This document shows positions 17,603 to 27,793 of a DNA stretch of 52,635 nt, one piece after another; position 1 is the stretch's first letter, and every line of letters begins with the position of its first letter. Where the stretch lies: the IMG/VR virus record IMGVR_UViG_3300035670_000287, positions 1 to 52,635 of that record. One strand, given 5' to 3'. This stretch comes from a virus. Its lineage: Duplodnaviria > Caudoviricetes. Position numbers and translations under genes: made by a program. A model generated the notes under the pieces. The model was given only the letters and a program-made list of their open reading frames with translations. It made no database searches and had not been told where the DNA came from.

Positions 17603-19179
17603 AGAAGGCCAAACAACTCCAGCTACTAACCTTAGCGGAGACAGCAAAGAAAGACCTGTTCTTTTTGGCTCATGAAATCCTCGACTACAAGTTAATGACC
17701 GAATCTGTCCACCGCCCGCTAACGGCGGTGTTGCAGTCTCTGGTCGAACCTAACTCTAAATGGCTGGAGATGATACCCAAAGAGTCCACCCACTTCTCAG
17801 AGCGGGACAACGATATCTTTAACAACAACATCTCCATAGAGGACTTGAATAAAAAGTTTAGACTGATTCTGATGCCCCGTGGTACTTTTAAATCCACCAT
17901 CTCCACCATCTCCTTCCCGCTACAGCTGTTACTAATCAACCCAGATATAAGAATATTGATAGATTCAGAGACCTTTGATAAGTCACGGGCGTTTATGGCT
18001 GAGATTAGAGGCCACCTGGAATCCAATGAGAAGTACCGAGCCCTCTTTAAAGCCCTCCATGGCATCTACCCAGATGAGAGAAAGGGTGTCGATAAGTGGG
18101 GAGACACGGAAATCAACGTCGCCGCCCGTAAGAAGAAAGCCAAAGAACCTAATCTTAGTTGTTCTGGTGTTGGGGTAACCAAGGTAGGGATGCACTACGA
18201 TGTAGTGATGTCCGACGATTTACATTCCGAGAAGAATGTAACCAATAAAGAGCAGATACAACAGGTAATCGACCACTATAAGCTCAACCTCTCCCTACTG
18301 GAGCCGACAGGATTCATGACGGTTATCGGCACGAGGTGGGACTATCTCGACTTATACCAGTATATTATCGATAATGAACGCCACAGGTTCTGTGTTTACG
18401 CCCAACAAGCGGAAAAACCCGACGGAACTCTGTTATTCCCCGAAAGATTGACCAAACAATTCCTGACAGACCAGAGGATGTCGCAGGGCTCATCGATTTA
18501 TTCTATGCAGTACCAGAATTTACCGATAGATGACGAAACTGCCACCTTTAAATACTCCCAAATGCGTAAAGTAGACAACGATTGGGTCAAAAACAAGCCG
18601 ATTAACTGGTTTTTGATGTGCGACCCCGCTATTTCGCAGGCTTCAACCGCCGATGACACCGCTTTTGTGGTTGCTGGCTTCGATATGGAGCGAAATATCT
18701 ACGTCAAAGACATAATTTACGGCAAATTCATGCCATCAGAGATAGTAGACCAGATATTCTACCTCTATGAGATGCATAAACCGAAAATGGTCGGGGTAGA
18801 GAGCGTTGCTTTCCAGAAAACCCTGATATATTCCATCAATGACAAAATGAAAGAGCGAAACTGGGCATTTTCCATAAAAGAGATTAAAAGAAAGAACGCT
18901 CACTCTAAAGAAGACAGGATAAAATCTCTCCAACCCTATTATGAGAATGGCCGTGTTTTCCACCTTAGAACCTGCAAAAACATCGATGAATTGGAGTACC
19001 AACTCATACACTTCCCAAAAGGACGAAAAGATGATATAATAGATGCACTTGCTGACTTGTTGGAGATAGGTTTCCCCCCAGATAACCGCCAACGACACAA
19101 TACAGATGAAGACCGAGCACGAAAAAGGAAAATGTTTAAAATATTAAGCCAGCCGAGAAGTAAAATTACTGGTTACTAG
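17572..19179 (+). CDS. terL: Terminase large subunit
   Basis: PRGTFKST Walker A, SDDL Walker B, GTRW, nuclease CDPA..DD and KDDIIDAL. Confidence 0.95.
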   Translation: MERQEIIEALEKAKQLQLLTLAETAKKDLFFLAHEILDYKLMTESVHRPLTAVLQSLVEPNSKWLEMIPKESTHFSERDNDIFNNNISIEDLNKKFRLILMPRGTFKSTISTISFPLQLLLINPDIRILIDSETFDKSRAFMAEIRGHLESNEKYRALFKALHGIYPDERKGVDKWGDTEINVAARKKKAKEPNLSCSGVGVTKVGMHYDVVMSDDLHSEKNVTNKEQIQQVIDHYKLNLSLLEPTGFMTVIGTRWDYLDLYQYIIDNERHRFCVYAQQAEKPDGTLLFPERLTKQFLTDQRMSQGSSIYSMQYQNLPIDDETATFKYSQMRKVDNDWVKNKPINWFLMCDPAISQASTADDTAFVVAGFDMERNIYVKDIIYGKFMPSEIVDQIFYLYEMHKPKMVGVESVAFQKTLIYSINDKMKERNWAFSIKEIKRKNAHSKEDRIKSLQPYYENGRVFHLRTCKNIDELEYQLIHFPKGRKDDIIDALADLLEIGFPPDNRQRHNTDEDRARKRKMFKILSQPRSKITGY

Positions 19180-19187
19180 GAGCAAGA

Positions 19188-21260
19188 ATGAAATCACGAG
19201 CCGTCCTAAAGGAAGAAGAGAAAATCGCCAAAGCCCAAGAAGCTGAAGGCAACTATACGCCGTCCGAAGACGAGAAGAAAATCATCCAACGGGTCTATCA
19301 ACGATATGACTGGATGCGGAACTCAGAGGCCAGAAGCGAGTATGAGACCGACATCGATAACGCCGACAAGGATTACAGAGCCTATGTCGTCCCCAATGAC
19401 GCTGATGACTACCGTTCCAACATCAATAAGCCGATATCTTTCGCTATTATTGAAACGATGGAGCAGGAGACGATTGAACGCAAACCTCGACCTTTTGTCG
19501 AACCCCGTTCCCGCTCAGATGAAGCCTCCTCAGAGTTTACCAACGATGTCTTAAAGTATTCCTTTGACGTCGGTAACTTCGACCTCCAATTCTCCCTGGC
19601 CAGGAAAGAATCCAGAATCCGTGGTACAGGCTTTTTGTTTGAATACTACCGCTATGACAAGAGAACCGTCGGAGAGCTAGACCTTAAAAAGGAAGACGGA
19701 GAGCTAGTCGAATCCTACAAGGAAATTGAAAAGATAGATTATGACGATTTATACTGCGAACACCTCGATGGCCAATGGCTCTTCTTTGACCCCGCAGGCC
19801 ACCACATCTCTAAATGCCGAGATATGATACGCCGAGAGATATTGAATATCGAAGAGTTTTATCGTGTCTATAACAATAAGAGAGGCTTTATCAACGTCGA
19901 TATGGTTAAAGGTTCAGGGAACGTCGACTGGGCGACCTTCTACACCCCGCCCGCAGGGATGGAAGAAGATGCCGTCGAAGTCCTCCACTATTACAACCGC
20001 TCCCTTGACAGATATGACGTTCTAGCCAACGGCGTGGTTATCAGAAAGGGCTACAACCCCTATCCCCACAAAGAACTCCCCGTCATCGTCCTATACTGCT
20101 ACAAAGACCCCAACCATTTTTATGGCTTGGGAATACCAAAAGTTGTTAAATCCTTAGTTGAGGAAAGAAACACTATCTCTAATTTAAGGATGGACGCTCA
20201 GAAAATGGGCATCAACAAGATGTTCTTTATCGACGATATGGTGGAGATGGACGATATCGACCTTATCCCCCGACCTCACGGCTTTATCCCCGTCAATACT
20301 GGCGGTCAGCCGTTAAACCAGAAAATCTTACCCCTAGAGTACGGTAACATCCCACTATCTACCTATAAGGAAGAAGAAGTCCTAATAGAAGACATCAGAA
20401 GGACGACAGGCGTCGACGATAGAATCCAAGGCCTCAATATGGGCGGAACCGCTACTGAAGCCTCGATTTTGAAGGAAGCGACGATGAAACGTATCAATGC
20501 CCAGAATCTTTACAATGAAATGGACGCTTTAGTCCGTTTGGGCATATTGAGACTGGAAAACATCAAATTCTTCTATTCTGTGCCTAAGTTTGAGAAAATC
20601 ACAGGCAAAGACGACGTTAAAGAGAAATACCGCACTATTGCCGTTAAAGGCAAGGAATATCAGCTAGATGAGATGGGCGGCCTAGTCGTTGAAGAGAAAG
20701 AAGGCGTTTCCAACTTCACCCTGAATAAAGACTTCATGAAGTTCCTAGAAAGAGACTACGACATCGTCGTTAGGGCTGATTCCAGCTATGTCGTCTCTAA
20801 ACCCGTGATGCAGTCCAAATTCACCGAGATGGTGGATAGAATCACTGCTAACCCGCTATTCCAGCTAGAAGCCGACGCTAAGAAACTATTAAAGCGATAT
20901 ATCGAAATAATGGACGAAGACCCCAATGAAATCATGAAAGAACCCCGAGACACCGAAGAAATGCAATTCCTGGCACAGATGGAGAATGATGTCATGATGG
21001 GCGGCTATCCGCTACCTCCGACTCAGGGAGCGACCATGGAGCACAATCAAGTCCATCTAAACTACGCTCAGAGTGCCGAAGCCCAACAGAACGACGAAGT
21101 CCTCTTACAGATACTAGAAACCCACATTAGAGGCGAAGCGTTAGAGATGGGAGCGATGATGCCAGAAGAAGGCGGAGCACCAGATATGGGCTCACAACTC
21201 CCCGACCCCAATATGAATCCCGTGGATATAATGCCAAACAACCCACAAGGAGCAGAATAA
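19188..21260 (+). CDS. Portal protein (podovirus-type)
   Basis: 690 aa after terL; TGVDD..QG..TATEA motif; acidic/Gln-rich tail. Confidence 0.9.
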   Translation: MKSRAVLKEEEKIAKAQEAEGNYTPSEDEKKIIQRVYQRYDWMRNSEARSEYETDIDNADKDYRAYVVPNDADDYRSNINKPISFAIIETMEQETIERKPRPFVEPRSRSDEASSEFTNDVLKYSFDVGNFDLQFSLARKESRIRGTGFLFEYYRYDKRTVGELDLKKEDGELVESYKEIEKIDYDDLYCEHLDGQWLFFDPAGHHISKCRDMIRREILNIEEFYRVYNNKRGFINVDMVKGSGNVDWATFYTPPAGMEEDAVEVLHYYNRSLDRYDVLANGVVIRKGYNPYPHKELPVIVLYCYKDPNHFYGLGIPKVVKSLVEERNTISNLRMDAQKMGINKMFFIDDMVEMDDIDLIPRPHGFIPVNTGGQPLNQKILPLEYGNIPLSTYKEEEVLIEDIRRTTGVDDRIQGLNMGGTATEASILKEATMKRINAQNLYNEMDALVRLGILRLENIKFFYSVPKFEKITGKDDVKEKYRTIAVKGKEYQLDEMGGLVVEEKEGVSNFTLNKDFMKFLERDYDIVVRADSSYVVSKPVMQSKFTEMVDRITANPLFQLEADAKKLLKRYIEIMDEDPNEIMKEPRDTEEMQFLAQMENDVMMGGYPLPPTQGATMEHNQVHLNYAQSAEAQQNDEVLLQILETHIRGEALEMGAMMPEEGGAPDMGSQLPDPNMNPVDIMPNNPQGAE

Positions 21261-21275
21261 AAAGAAAGAAGGAAA

Positions 21276-21536
21276 ATGAAAGTAAGAAAGTTTCTCAGTG
21301 AAGAGGACAAGGCAATCCTGCACGACCTTTATGATTCTAACTATTGGCCAGTCTTTAAGAAGATGCTCGCCAACGACCAGTTGAATATCATGCAGGCGGG
21401 GATGTCTTCTAACTTCGACCAGGAGTTCTACGTCAATAAAGGCCAGTTACTCCACATCGAACGTTTAAAGACCGAGATGAGCAGGATTTTCAAGGAAATA
21501 GAAAATAAAAACAAGGAGAGAAATGCCAAAAGCTAA
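21276..21536 (+). CDS. Small post-portal hypothetical protein
   Basis: RBS; position between portal and scaffold. Confidence 0.65.
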   Translation: MKVRKFLSEEDKAILHDLYDSNYWPVFKKMLANDQLNIMQAGMSSNFDQEFYVNKGQLLHIERLKTEMSRIFKEIENKNKERNAKS

Positions 21537-21675
21537 AAGCAAAAAGCAAGCAGGGTTTTTCGGCCTCATTGCCTCTGGCAAGAAGAAGGCCAAAGGCTTC
21601 TCCAAATCAGAAGCCAAAGACCGATTGAGAGGGGTTAAAGTAAAATCCCTACCCAAAAGAACCAAAAACAAATAA
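21523..21675 (+). CDS. Small very basic protein (50 aa, MPKAKSKKQ..., not in ORF track)
   Basis: AGGAG RBS; Lys-rich. Confidence 0.65.
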   Translation: MPKAKSKKQAGFFGLIASGKKKAKGFSKSEAKDRLRGVKVKSLPKRTKNK

Positions 21676-21678
21676 AGG

Positions 21679-21707
21679 TTGACAGTGGAAAAGGATTATG
21701 TTACTAT
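21679..21707 (+). promoter_or_regulatory. Promoter of the head operon
   Basis: TTGACA-17 nt-TACTAT with TG extension. Confidence 0.7.
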
Positions 21708-21720
21708 AAAGGAAGTCCAG

Positions 21721-21870
21721 TTGTTAAGTCTGGGTAGCCGATGCTACAAGATGGTCAGCTGGATAATCGAAAACCAAAACGAAATCGAGGGATATAAGGA
21801 TGGTAACATCTCCTTCTCTTTCACTGGTGGTATCTTAAAAGTCAAAGACGAAAATTACAAACAGTTATAA
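21721..21870 (+). CDS. Small leader protein (39-49 aa), possibly DUF2292/YezD-like
   Basis: Helix-then-beta pattern (GNISFSFTGGILKV); stop abuts the conserved RNA motif. Confidence 0.45.
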   Translation: MLSLGSRCYKMVSWIIENQNEIEGYKDGNISFSFTGGILKVKDENYKQL

Positions 21871-21936
21871 TGTAACTCCATGAACGAGGCATTATCCTGA
21901 GCACACTCCTCCGTGCTTAGGATTGTGCCTCTTTTT
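21871..21936 (+). terminator. Conserved leader motif plus terminator, copy 1
   Basis: TGTAACtccatGAAc-GAGGCA...TGCCTC-TTTTT. Confidence 0.75.
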
Positions 21937-21983
21937 ATAACTTAAACTTCCCAGTTGCTAAACAAATGGGATGAAAGGACAAC

Positions 21984-22793
21984 ATGGCCAAGAAAGAAGA
22001 AACTCCTGAAGTTTCTGAAGAAGAAACCAAACAGGAAACGGAAGCTGCCGAGACCGAGGCAGAGCAAACCGTAGAAGTAACGGAAGACGACGGTCAGACT
22101 GAGGAAACAGCCTTCGACATGAAGTTTAAGCAGTTCCAAGCCCAAAACGCAGAGGAATATGCCCGCAAACTTGAAGAAGCCTACCTCAACAGTAGCCAAG
22201 AAGGGCAACGGCTCAATAAAGAGTTGTCGGACAGAGAGAAGGAACTTGAGGTTATCCAAAAAATAGTTCAGTCTAATCCCGACCTCAAACAGGGCTTTGC
22301 CGATTCTCTAGGCGGAGACTATAACTCTCCAGCAGAAGACTTGACGGCTCAACAGATACGTCAAATCATCAGGGAGGAACTTGGTAAGAACCCAGCATTA
22401 TCGCATGCTGAGGAACAAAGAAAGTCTCAAGACAAAGCCATCTATGATGAATTTGTTCAAGAGCACCCAGAAGTTGAAACTAACCCCCAACTTGCCGAAG
22501 AGCTAGAAACCTACTTTGGAGCCTTAGCTCAAGCCGAGGCTAACAAGGGGAAAACAGTGGACTTCAAAAGCACCCTTTTTAAGGCGTGGAAAGTAGTCTC
22601 AGGCGAACAGGAGTTAGCAGGAATGAAGAAAGTCATTCAGAAAGAAAGTGCAGCGATGGGCAGTGCCCCGTCAGAAGGAAAAGCCAAGGCTGGTCAATCA
22701 CTCTCTGAAGCAGAGCGTAAGATTGCCCAAGCATTCGGTCTATCCGACGAGGACTACCACGCAGGCAAAAAACTTTCACAAGAAGATAAATAA
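21984..22793 (+). CDS. Capsid scaffolding protein
   Basis: Acidic N-terminus, coiled coil, C-terminal LSEAERKIAQAFGLSDEDY. Confidence 0.85.
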   Translation: MAKKEETPEVSEEETKQETEAAETEAEQTVEVTEDDGQTEETAFDMKFKQFQAQNAEEYARKLEEAYLNSSQEGQRLNKELSDREKELEVIQKIVQSNPDLKQGFADSLGGDYNSPAEDLTAQQIRQIIREELGKNPALSHAEEQRKSQDKAIYDEFVQEHPEVETNPQLAEELETYFGALAQAEANKGKTVDFKSTLFKAWKVVSGEQELAGMKKVIQKESAAMGSAPSEGKAKAGQSLSEAERKIAQAFGLSDEDYHAGKKLSQEDK

Positions 22794-22871
22794 TAACTAC
22801 CCACAATGAAAACTCACGCTAATTGCTAAAGAGAAAATGGAGATAATTAAAAGGGTAAGGAGTAAAAAACA

Positions 22872-23351
22872 ATGTACGGACTAAAGTACTATAAAAACCT
22901 TTTCGGTTCACCTCAACCTCTAGTTAATAGTGGTTGTCCTGACATCCGAGTAAAGGCTTCCCAAACTATTACCAAAGGCGACCCAGTAAACATCGAAGCT
23001 GGTTACTGGAATTTAGCTGCTGCTACAGAGAAAATCTTTGGCATCGCTAACGAAACCGTCGTTGGTAACGCTGGTGGGACTTCTAAACTAGAAGTCATCC
23101 CAGTAAGAGAAGGCGACATCTTCATTGCCGACAACGACAATGTAGGCACAACCTTCGCTGCAACCCACCCTGGCACATACTTCGATATTACAGGGACAAC
23201 AGGAGCTGTCTTAGTCGACACTAGTTCTACTACTACGACTGGTCAACTTCTCTGCGTCGAATACAACCCGCAAAATCTGGGGCTGGATTCTGACACTTCT
23301 ATCGGCCTTTTCATGATTGCCGAAAGACAAAACGACGGCTTAGCCGCTTAA
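22872..23351 (+). CDS. Capsid cement/decoration protein
   Basis: Between scaffold and major capsid; ITKGDPV...IFGIA pattern. Confidence 0.7.
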   Translation: MYGLKYYKNLFGSPQPLVNSGCPDIRVKASQTITKGDPVNIEAGYWNLAAATEKIFGIANETVVGNAGGTSKLEVIPVREGDIFIADNDNVGTTFAATHPGTYFDITGTTGAVLVDTSSTTTTGQLLCVEYNPQNLGLDSDTSIGLFMIAERQNDGLAA

Positions 23352-23383
23352 TAGTAAATTAACAACAAAATCGGGAGATTAAG

Positions 23384-24322
23384 ATGAGTGTTTTAACACG
23401 AGCTAACTTCGCCGATTTGCTAGACCCCGCCTTTAGAAAAATCTATTCTGATGCGGAAAAAGAACTGAACTACAAATACTCACAAGTATTCAACGTCAGC
23501 AATTCTTCCAAGAATCTTGAGAAAGATTCAGGCATTTCTGGTCTACAGCAAATGGCAGAAGTTGGGGAAGGTGAAGCCGTAACCTCTGATACTGTGTATC
23601 AAGGCTATGACAGCACGTATACCCACAAGAAATTCGGTAGGAAAGTAACTATCACCGAAGAAATGGTCGACGACGACCAATATAGAGAAGTTGAAAAACG
23701 GGCTAAGGGATTGGCTATTGCCATGAACAGAACCGTTGAGCAATCTGGTGCAGACGTTCTTAACAACGGCTGGACAGCAGGTGCTGGCGGCAAAGCTAGT
23801 GGCTTCTTAACAGGTGGCGATAGCTATGCTCTTTTCTACGCATCTCATCCTCGAACTGATGGCGGAACAGCACAGTCAAACTCTACCACATCTGACCTAG
23901 CGGAAGATTCCCTAGAGACAGTATTGGTCGCTATGCGTTCTACCAAAGACGACCGAGGTGAATTAATCCTCGTTCAACCAGATACCCTTATCATTCCTCC
24001 AGCCCTTGAGAAAGAAGCTATGATTCTTCTTAACACTCAAGGTCGAGTCGGAACAGCTAACAACGATGTCAACCCTTATAAGGGAAGATTGAACATCGTA
24101 GTTTGGGACTTCCTAGGCTCTGCTGCTGGTGGTTCTGATACCGCTTGGTTTGTGCTTGATAAGAGCATGAACCCGCTAAATTGGTTCTGGAGAAAACGTG
24201 GTTCGCTTGAAAGAAACGTAGACTTTGACACTTCAAACATTGAGTACAAACTCACTGCTAGATGGTCAAATGGTTTCTCCACATGGAGAGGCATCTATGG
24301 CTCAAAAGGCGATAACAGCTAA
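23384..24322 (+). CDS. Major capsid protein (Mu gpT-like, HK97 fold)
   Basis: ITEEMVDDD, LFYASHP, PDTLIIPPALE, TAWFV, WRGIYGS. Confidence 0.9.
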   Translation: MSVLTRANFADLLDPAFRKIYSDAEKELNYKYSQVFNVSNSSKNLEKDSGISGLQQMAEVGEGEAVTSDTVYQGYDSTYTHKKFGRKVTITEEMVDDDQYREVEKRAKGLAIAMNRTVEQSGADVLNNGWTAGAGGKASGFLTGGDSYALFYASHPRTDGGTAQSNSTTSDLAEDSLETVLVAMRSTKDDRGELILVQPDTLIIPPALEKEAMILLNTQGRVGTANNDVNPYKGRLNIVVWDFLGSAAGGSDTAWFVLDKSMNPLNWFWRKRGSLERNVDFDTSNIEYKLTARWSNGFSTWRGIYGSKGDNS

Positions 24323-24372
24323 AATCAACTAAATGGGTAGGGCTCGTTAGTACTGCAAGGACTAACTACTGT

Positions 24373-24696
24373 ATGGACAATAGACCAAAATGTACAAATG
24401 AAGGATGTAATAATCCCGCAACCAAAAAAAGAACTAGAAAGGACGGAATCCCTGTTTATAGAAAACTATGTTCTGGTTGTCTGCGGAGAAAGTATGGCAT
24501 GCCTTCAAATTCAAAGGGTAGAGCAAAAGCGAAGTTACCAAACAAATGTATTATTTGTGGATGGGATAAAGCACCTTGCGATATTCATAGAATAAAATTT
24601 GGAAAAGATGGTGGTAAGTATACAAAAGGGAATGTTGTAAAAATATGTCCTAATTGCCACCGACAAATACATTTCGGTTCGTTGTCCATACAGTAA
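24373..24696 (+). CDS. HNH endonuclease enclosed by a 14-bp inverted repeat
   Basis: CIICG..CDIHRI..GGKY..GNV..CPNCH. Confidence 0.85.
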   Translation: MDNRPKCTNEGCNNPATKKRTRKDGIPVYRKLCSGCLRRKYGMPSNSKGRAKAKLPNKCIICGWDKAPCDIHRIKFGKDGGKYTKGNVVKICPNCHRQIHFGSLSIQ

Positions 24697-24727
24697 CTCG
24701 CTGAGCCCCTCCTAACATGGAGTATAA

Positions 24728-25549
24728 ATGTTAGACAAAACTAAACCGTGGCAAAGACATGCCTTTGGAAGTCCGTGGGACAAGAATATCTGCAAGTTCT
24801 CTTTCGGATGGACTCACACTTACAAGAAGGCTGCCGCTGGAACAGCCACTTCCGTTCTAGCCGCTACCACCTGTGGAACAACCACCACTACGATTACGAC
24901 TGGTTTCACAGACCCTGATGTCCCTCGTGTCCTTAAAATCACGATGGCAACAGCTGCAGGTATCGGTGACGGCAGTGCCATCATCACTGGAACAAATGTA
25001 GAGGGAGCAACAATTACTGAAACCTTCGATATCGTCGACGGAACCGCTGGGGCAACCAACGGGACTAAGGCCTTCAAGACGGTTGAAAGCGTTGTTGTTT
25101 CTCCGATGAAAGGGTCTTGTACCATTGCCGTCGGAACTCTCAACGTTCTTGGGATGAACCACAGACTATTCCCTTCAAATACTACTATCAGAGAAGTCAT
25201 CGATAACGGCACGACCAGGTCACTGGTTGCTACCGCTCCAACGATTACCGACGCTGATGAACAGTATATTGAGAAGAATCTGGTCACTCCAGTCACAACG
25301 GTCAATGGGACGTATTTCTATACGTTCTACTATGACTACGACGCATGGTCAGTCGGCGACATCAATGATGACCCGAAATACCATACTTCGACGTCGACTT
25401 CTTCGACTTCTACTTCTACGTCAACCACGGCTACCCCAAGTACTTCTACTTCTAGCACTTCGTCATCGACTTCAAGCACTTCGAGCTCAACCTCAAGTAC
25501 TTCTAGTTCGACAAGTTCTACCAGTACCAGTACGACAACTGTACCGTAA
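24728..25549 (+). CDS. Putative virion (head-associated) protein with C-terminal Ser/Thr tract (25385-25546)
   Basis: DVPRVL..ITGTNVEGATITETF..GTKAFKTV; ~54-aa S/T tail. Confidence 0.7.
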   Translation: MLDKTKPWQRHAFGSPWDKNICKFSFGWTHTYKKAAAGTATSVLAATTCGTTTTTITTGFTDPDVPRVLKITMATAAGIGDGSAIITGTNVEGATITETFDIVDGTAGATNGTKAFKTVESVVVSPMKGSCTIAVGTLNVLGMNHRLFPSNTTIREVIDNGTTRSLVATAPTITDADEQYIEKNLVTPVTTVNGTYFYTFYYDYDAWSVGDINDDPKYHTSTSTSSTSTSTSTTATPSTSTSSTSSSTSSTSSSTSSTSSSTSSTSTSTTTVP

Positions 25550-25621
25550 AATAAAAATTAATATAGGGATTGGGGCAACCAAAATAGTTGCCCCCGCCCT
25601 TGCGTAAGCTAAAGGAGAACC

Positions 25622-25975
25622 ATGATAAAATCACAAACAACTATAGCCAATGCTCACGATTTCACTGACACCTTCACCGCTGAGTATGACAAAGACCATT
25701 CAGCCCTAGTCCTGATTACTCCCACCACTGGGAAGAAAATCAAGGTTACGGGCGTTTATCTTTCTACCGAAGGAGCCTCTGCTGCTGGTAAAGCGGTCAA
25801 GGTCTACTTCACGGGAGATACCGTGGTAAACGTCTACGTCACCAACGCTGTCCAGAATACTGTTATTCAAGACATCGTTCTTGAGGGAGCAGTCAATGAA
25901 ACCCTGAAACTAACCTCTAATCTAGGAGATGACAAAAACTACTTCATCGCTGTCAATTATAGGGAAGAAGGCTAA
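25622..25975 (+). CDS. Putative small beta-rich virion protein
   Basis: GGAG RBS; end of the head operon. Confidence 0.55.
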   Translation: MIKSQTTIANAHDFTDTFTAEYDKDHSALVLITPTTGKKIKVTGVYLSTEGASAAGKAVKVYFTGDTVVNVYVTNAVQNTVIQDIVLEGAVNETLKLTSNLGDDKNYFIAVNYREEG

Positions 25976-25983
25976 AAAAATAG

Positions 25984-26012
25984 TTTACAAGTATCTTTAT
26001 ATTTGCTATACT
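25984..26012 (+). promoter_or_regulatory. Promoter of the glycosylation operon; near copy of 3843-3871
   Basis: TTTACA-17 nt-TATACT with TG extension. Confidence 0.75.
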
Positions 26013-26037
26013 ATAGGAAAAGAAAAGAGGAAACAAA

Positions 26038-27345
26038 ATGAGAAAAAAAGTTGGAATATTAACCAATTTTAATAGCTACCTTAAATCATATTCACCCCTC
26101 ATTATTGTTTCTGAACAAATCACTATGTTATTACAGGCTGGCTACGAACCAGTCGTAATAGTTACGGAGTCCTTTGACCCTCCGAAGGATTCCGTTTTTA
26201 GTAAGGTCAAACTTGAGTATATCCCCAACGTCTCGGTCTCTAACGAAGCCAAGCAAGACATCTCTTTTGAAACCGATATCTCCTTTTTAGAGCAGGAGAT
26301 GAGACGTATTATTAAAGACAACAATATCGAGGTGATGATTACCCACGACCTCATTTTCTTACCTGACTACGTCAAGCACAGGATAGCCTGCCTCTCCATG
26401 GTCAAAGACTTCCCGAAACTCCGCTGGCTCCACTGGGTACACTCCGCCACCAACCCCGAATCTCTCATTAATGAAAGAAAGAACTTTGAAGACAAATACC
26501 GAGAGATGCTCAAGCAGAAATTCCCTAATTCCTTCCTTGTTTATCCCAACGCCTATGATGTACCACGGGTAGCTTTGAACTTCGGCTATGAGACAGGCGA
26601 AATCAAGGTAGTACCTCACTCCACTAACTATATTGAATTTAACCACCCCCACCCGATAGTCGAAAGACTCATCGCCGAGAAGGGGCTTTTAGATGCCGAT
26701 GTTATTATGATATACCCCCTACGGATGGACAGGGGCAAGCAACCCCACGTCAACCTGGAAATCATCCGAGCCTGCAATAACCTCGGACTTGACGCACGCC
26801 TTATCTTTGTCAATTTCCACTCAACGGGAGACGACAAGGTTACATATAAGGAAGAAATCAAAACAAAAGCTGAGGAATACGGTATCAGCGAGAAAGTGGT
26901 CTTCATGAATGAATTTGACCCGTCTCTCCATACCGAGTCCCCGAGGGAACTGGTCTCTGACCTTTTGGAATTATCTAATGTTTTCTGCCTGCCATCGATG
27001 TCGGAGACCTACTCTCTGGTCGTTCAAGAAGCAATGCTTAAAGGAAACTTCTGTATCTTAAACCACGACTTCGCCCCCATGCGAAGTATCTACGGGGACA
27101 AGGCTATCTATCGCCAGTTCTCCTCTAACATCGCCTTTGACGGTTTAAACGGGACTATCGAAACCACCTTCTCCAACCCCGACGGTTACTACCACGATAT
27201 CGCTTGTTACATTAAATACATGCTCGATAACGATATGGTCTTAAAGGCTAAGACCTGGGCACGGAGGGATAGAAACCCCCACGCTGTCTTCAGAAACTAC
27301 GTCGAACCCCTACTATATAGTGGAGTGGAAGATGCCCAAAATTAA
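26038..27345 (+). CDS. GT-B (GT4-like) glycosyltransferase
   Basis: RMDRGK; PSMSETYSLVVQEAM (E-x7-E). Confidence 0.85.
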   Translation: MRKKVGILTNFNSYLKSYSPLIIVSEQITMLLQAGYEPVVIVTESFDPPKDSVFSKVKLEYIPNVSVSNEAKQDISFETDISFLEQEMRRIIKDNNIEVMITHDLIFLPDYVKHRIACLSMVKDFPKLRWLHWVHSATNPESLINERKNFEDKYREMLKQKFPNSFLVYPNAYDVPRVALNFGYETGEIKVVPHSTNYIEFNHPHPIVERLIAEKGLLDADVIMIYPLRMDRGKQPHVNLEIIRACNNLGLDARLIFVNFHSTGDDKVTYKEEIKTKAEEYGISEKVVFMNEFDPSLHTESPRELVSDLLELSNVFCLPSMSETYSLVVQEAMLKGNFCILNHDFAPMRSIYGDKAIYRQFSSNIAFDGLNGTIETTFSNPDGYYHDIACYIKYMLDNDMVLKAKTWARRDRNPHAVFRNYVEPLLYSGVEDAQN

Positions 27346-27793
27346 ATTAACTAAAAATAAGTTTGCCATTGTTGACCAAGAAGACATTAGGTTCTTAGGT
27401 CAGTGGAAATGGCAATTTTTGTCAAACGGCTATGCGGTAAGAACAACATCAATAAACGGAAAAAGAAAAGCAATTTTAATGCACAGAGTTATCAATAATA
27501 CACCAGAAGGAATGATAACTGACCACATAAATGGAAACAAGATAGATAATCGAAAGAAGAATCTAAGAACCTGTACTTATAGCAAGAATCTAATGAACCA
27601 AAGACTATCGTCCAGAAACACCCATGGACTTAAAGGAATAACACTGATAAAAAAAACAAAGAGATGGAAAGCACAGATAAAACTAAATGGTAAAAATTTA
27701 AATCTTGGGCATTTTGTAAACAAAGAAGATGCCCACACTGCTTACGTCAAAGCTGCTAAAAAGTATTTTGGTGAGTTTGCGAGGGAAAAGTGA
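27332..27793 (+). CDS. HNH-AP2 homing endonuclease
   Basis: MHRVI..DHINGNKIDNRKKNLR; WKAQI..LGHF..AY..AAKKYFGEFA. Confidence 0.9.
   Translation: MPKIKLTKNKFAIVDQEDIRFLGQWKWQFLSNGYAVRTTSINGKRKAILMHRVINNTPEGMITDHINGNKIDNRKKNLRTCTYSKNLMNQRLSSRNTHGLKGITLIKKTKRWKAQIKLNGKNLNLGHFVNKEDAHTAYVKAAKKYFGEFAREK

Noticed and set aside
21679-21720. TTG start of the 63-aa ORF in the track
   Set aside because: This TTG is part of the -35 box TTGACA; the real start must lie downstream
24334-24714. Group I intron
   Set aside because: Flanks are far too short for a catalytic core and no gene is interrupted
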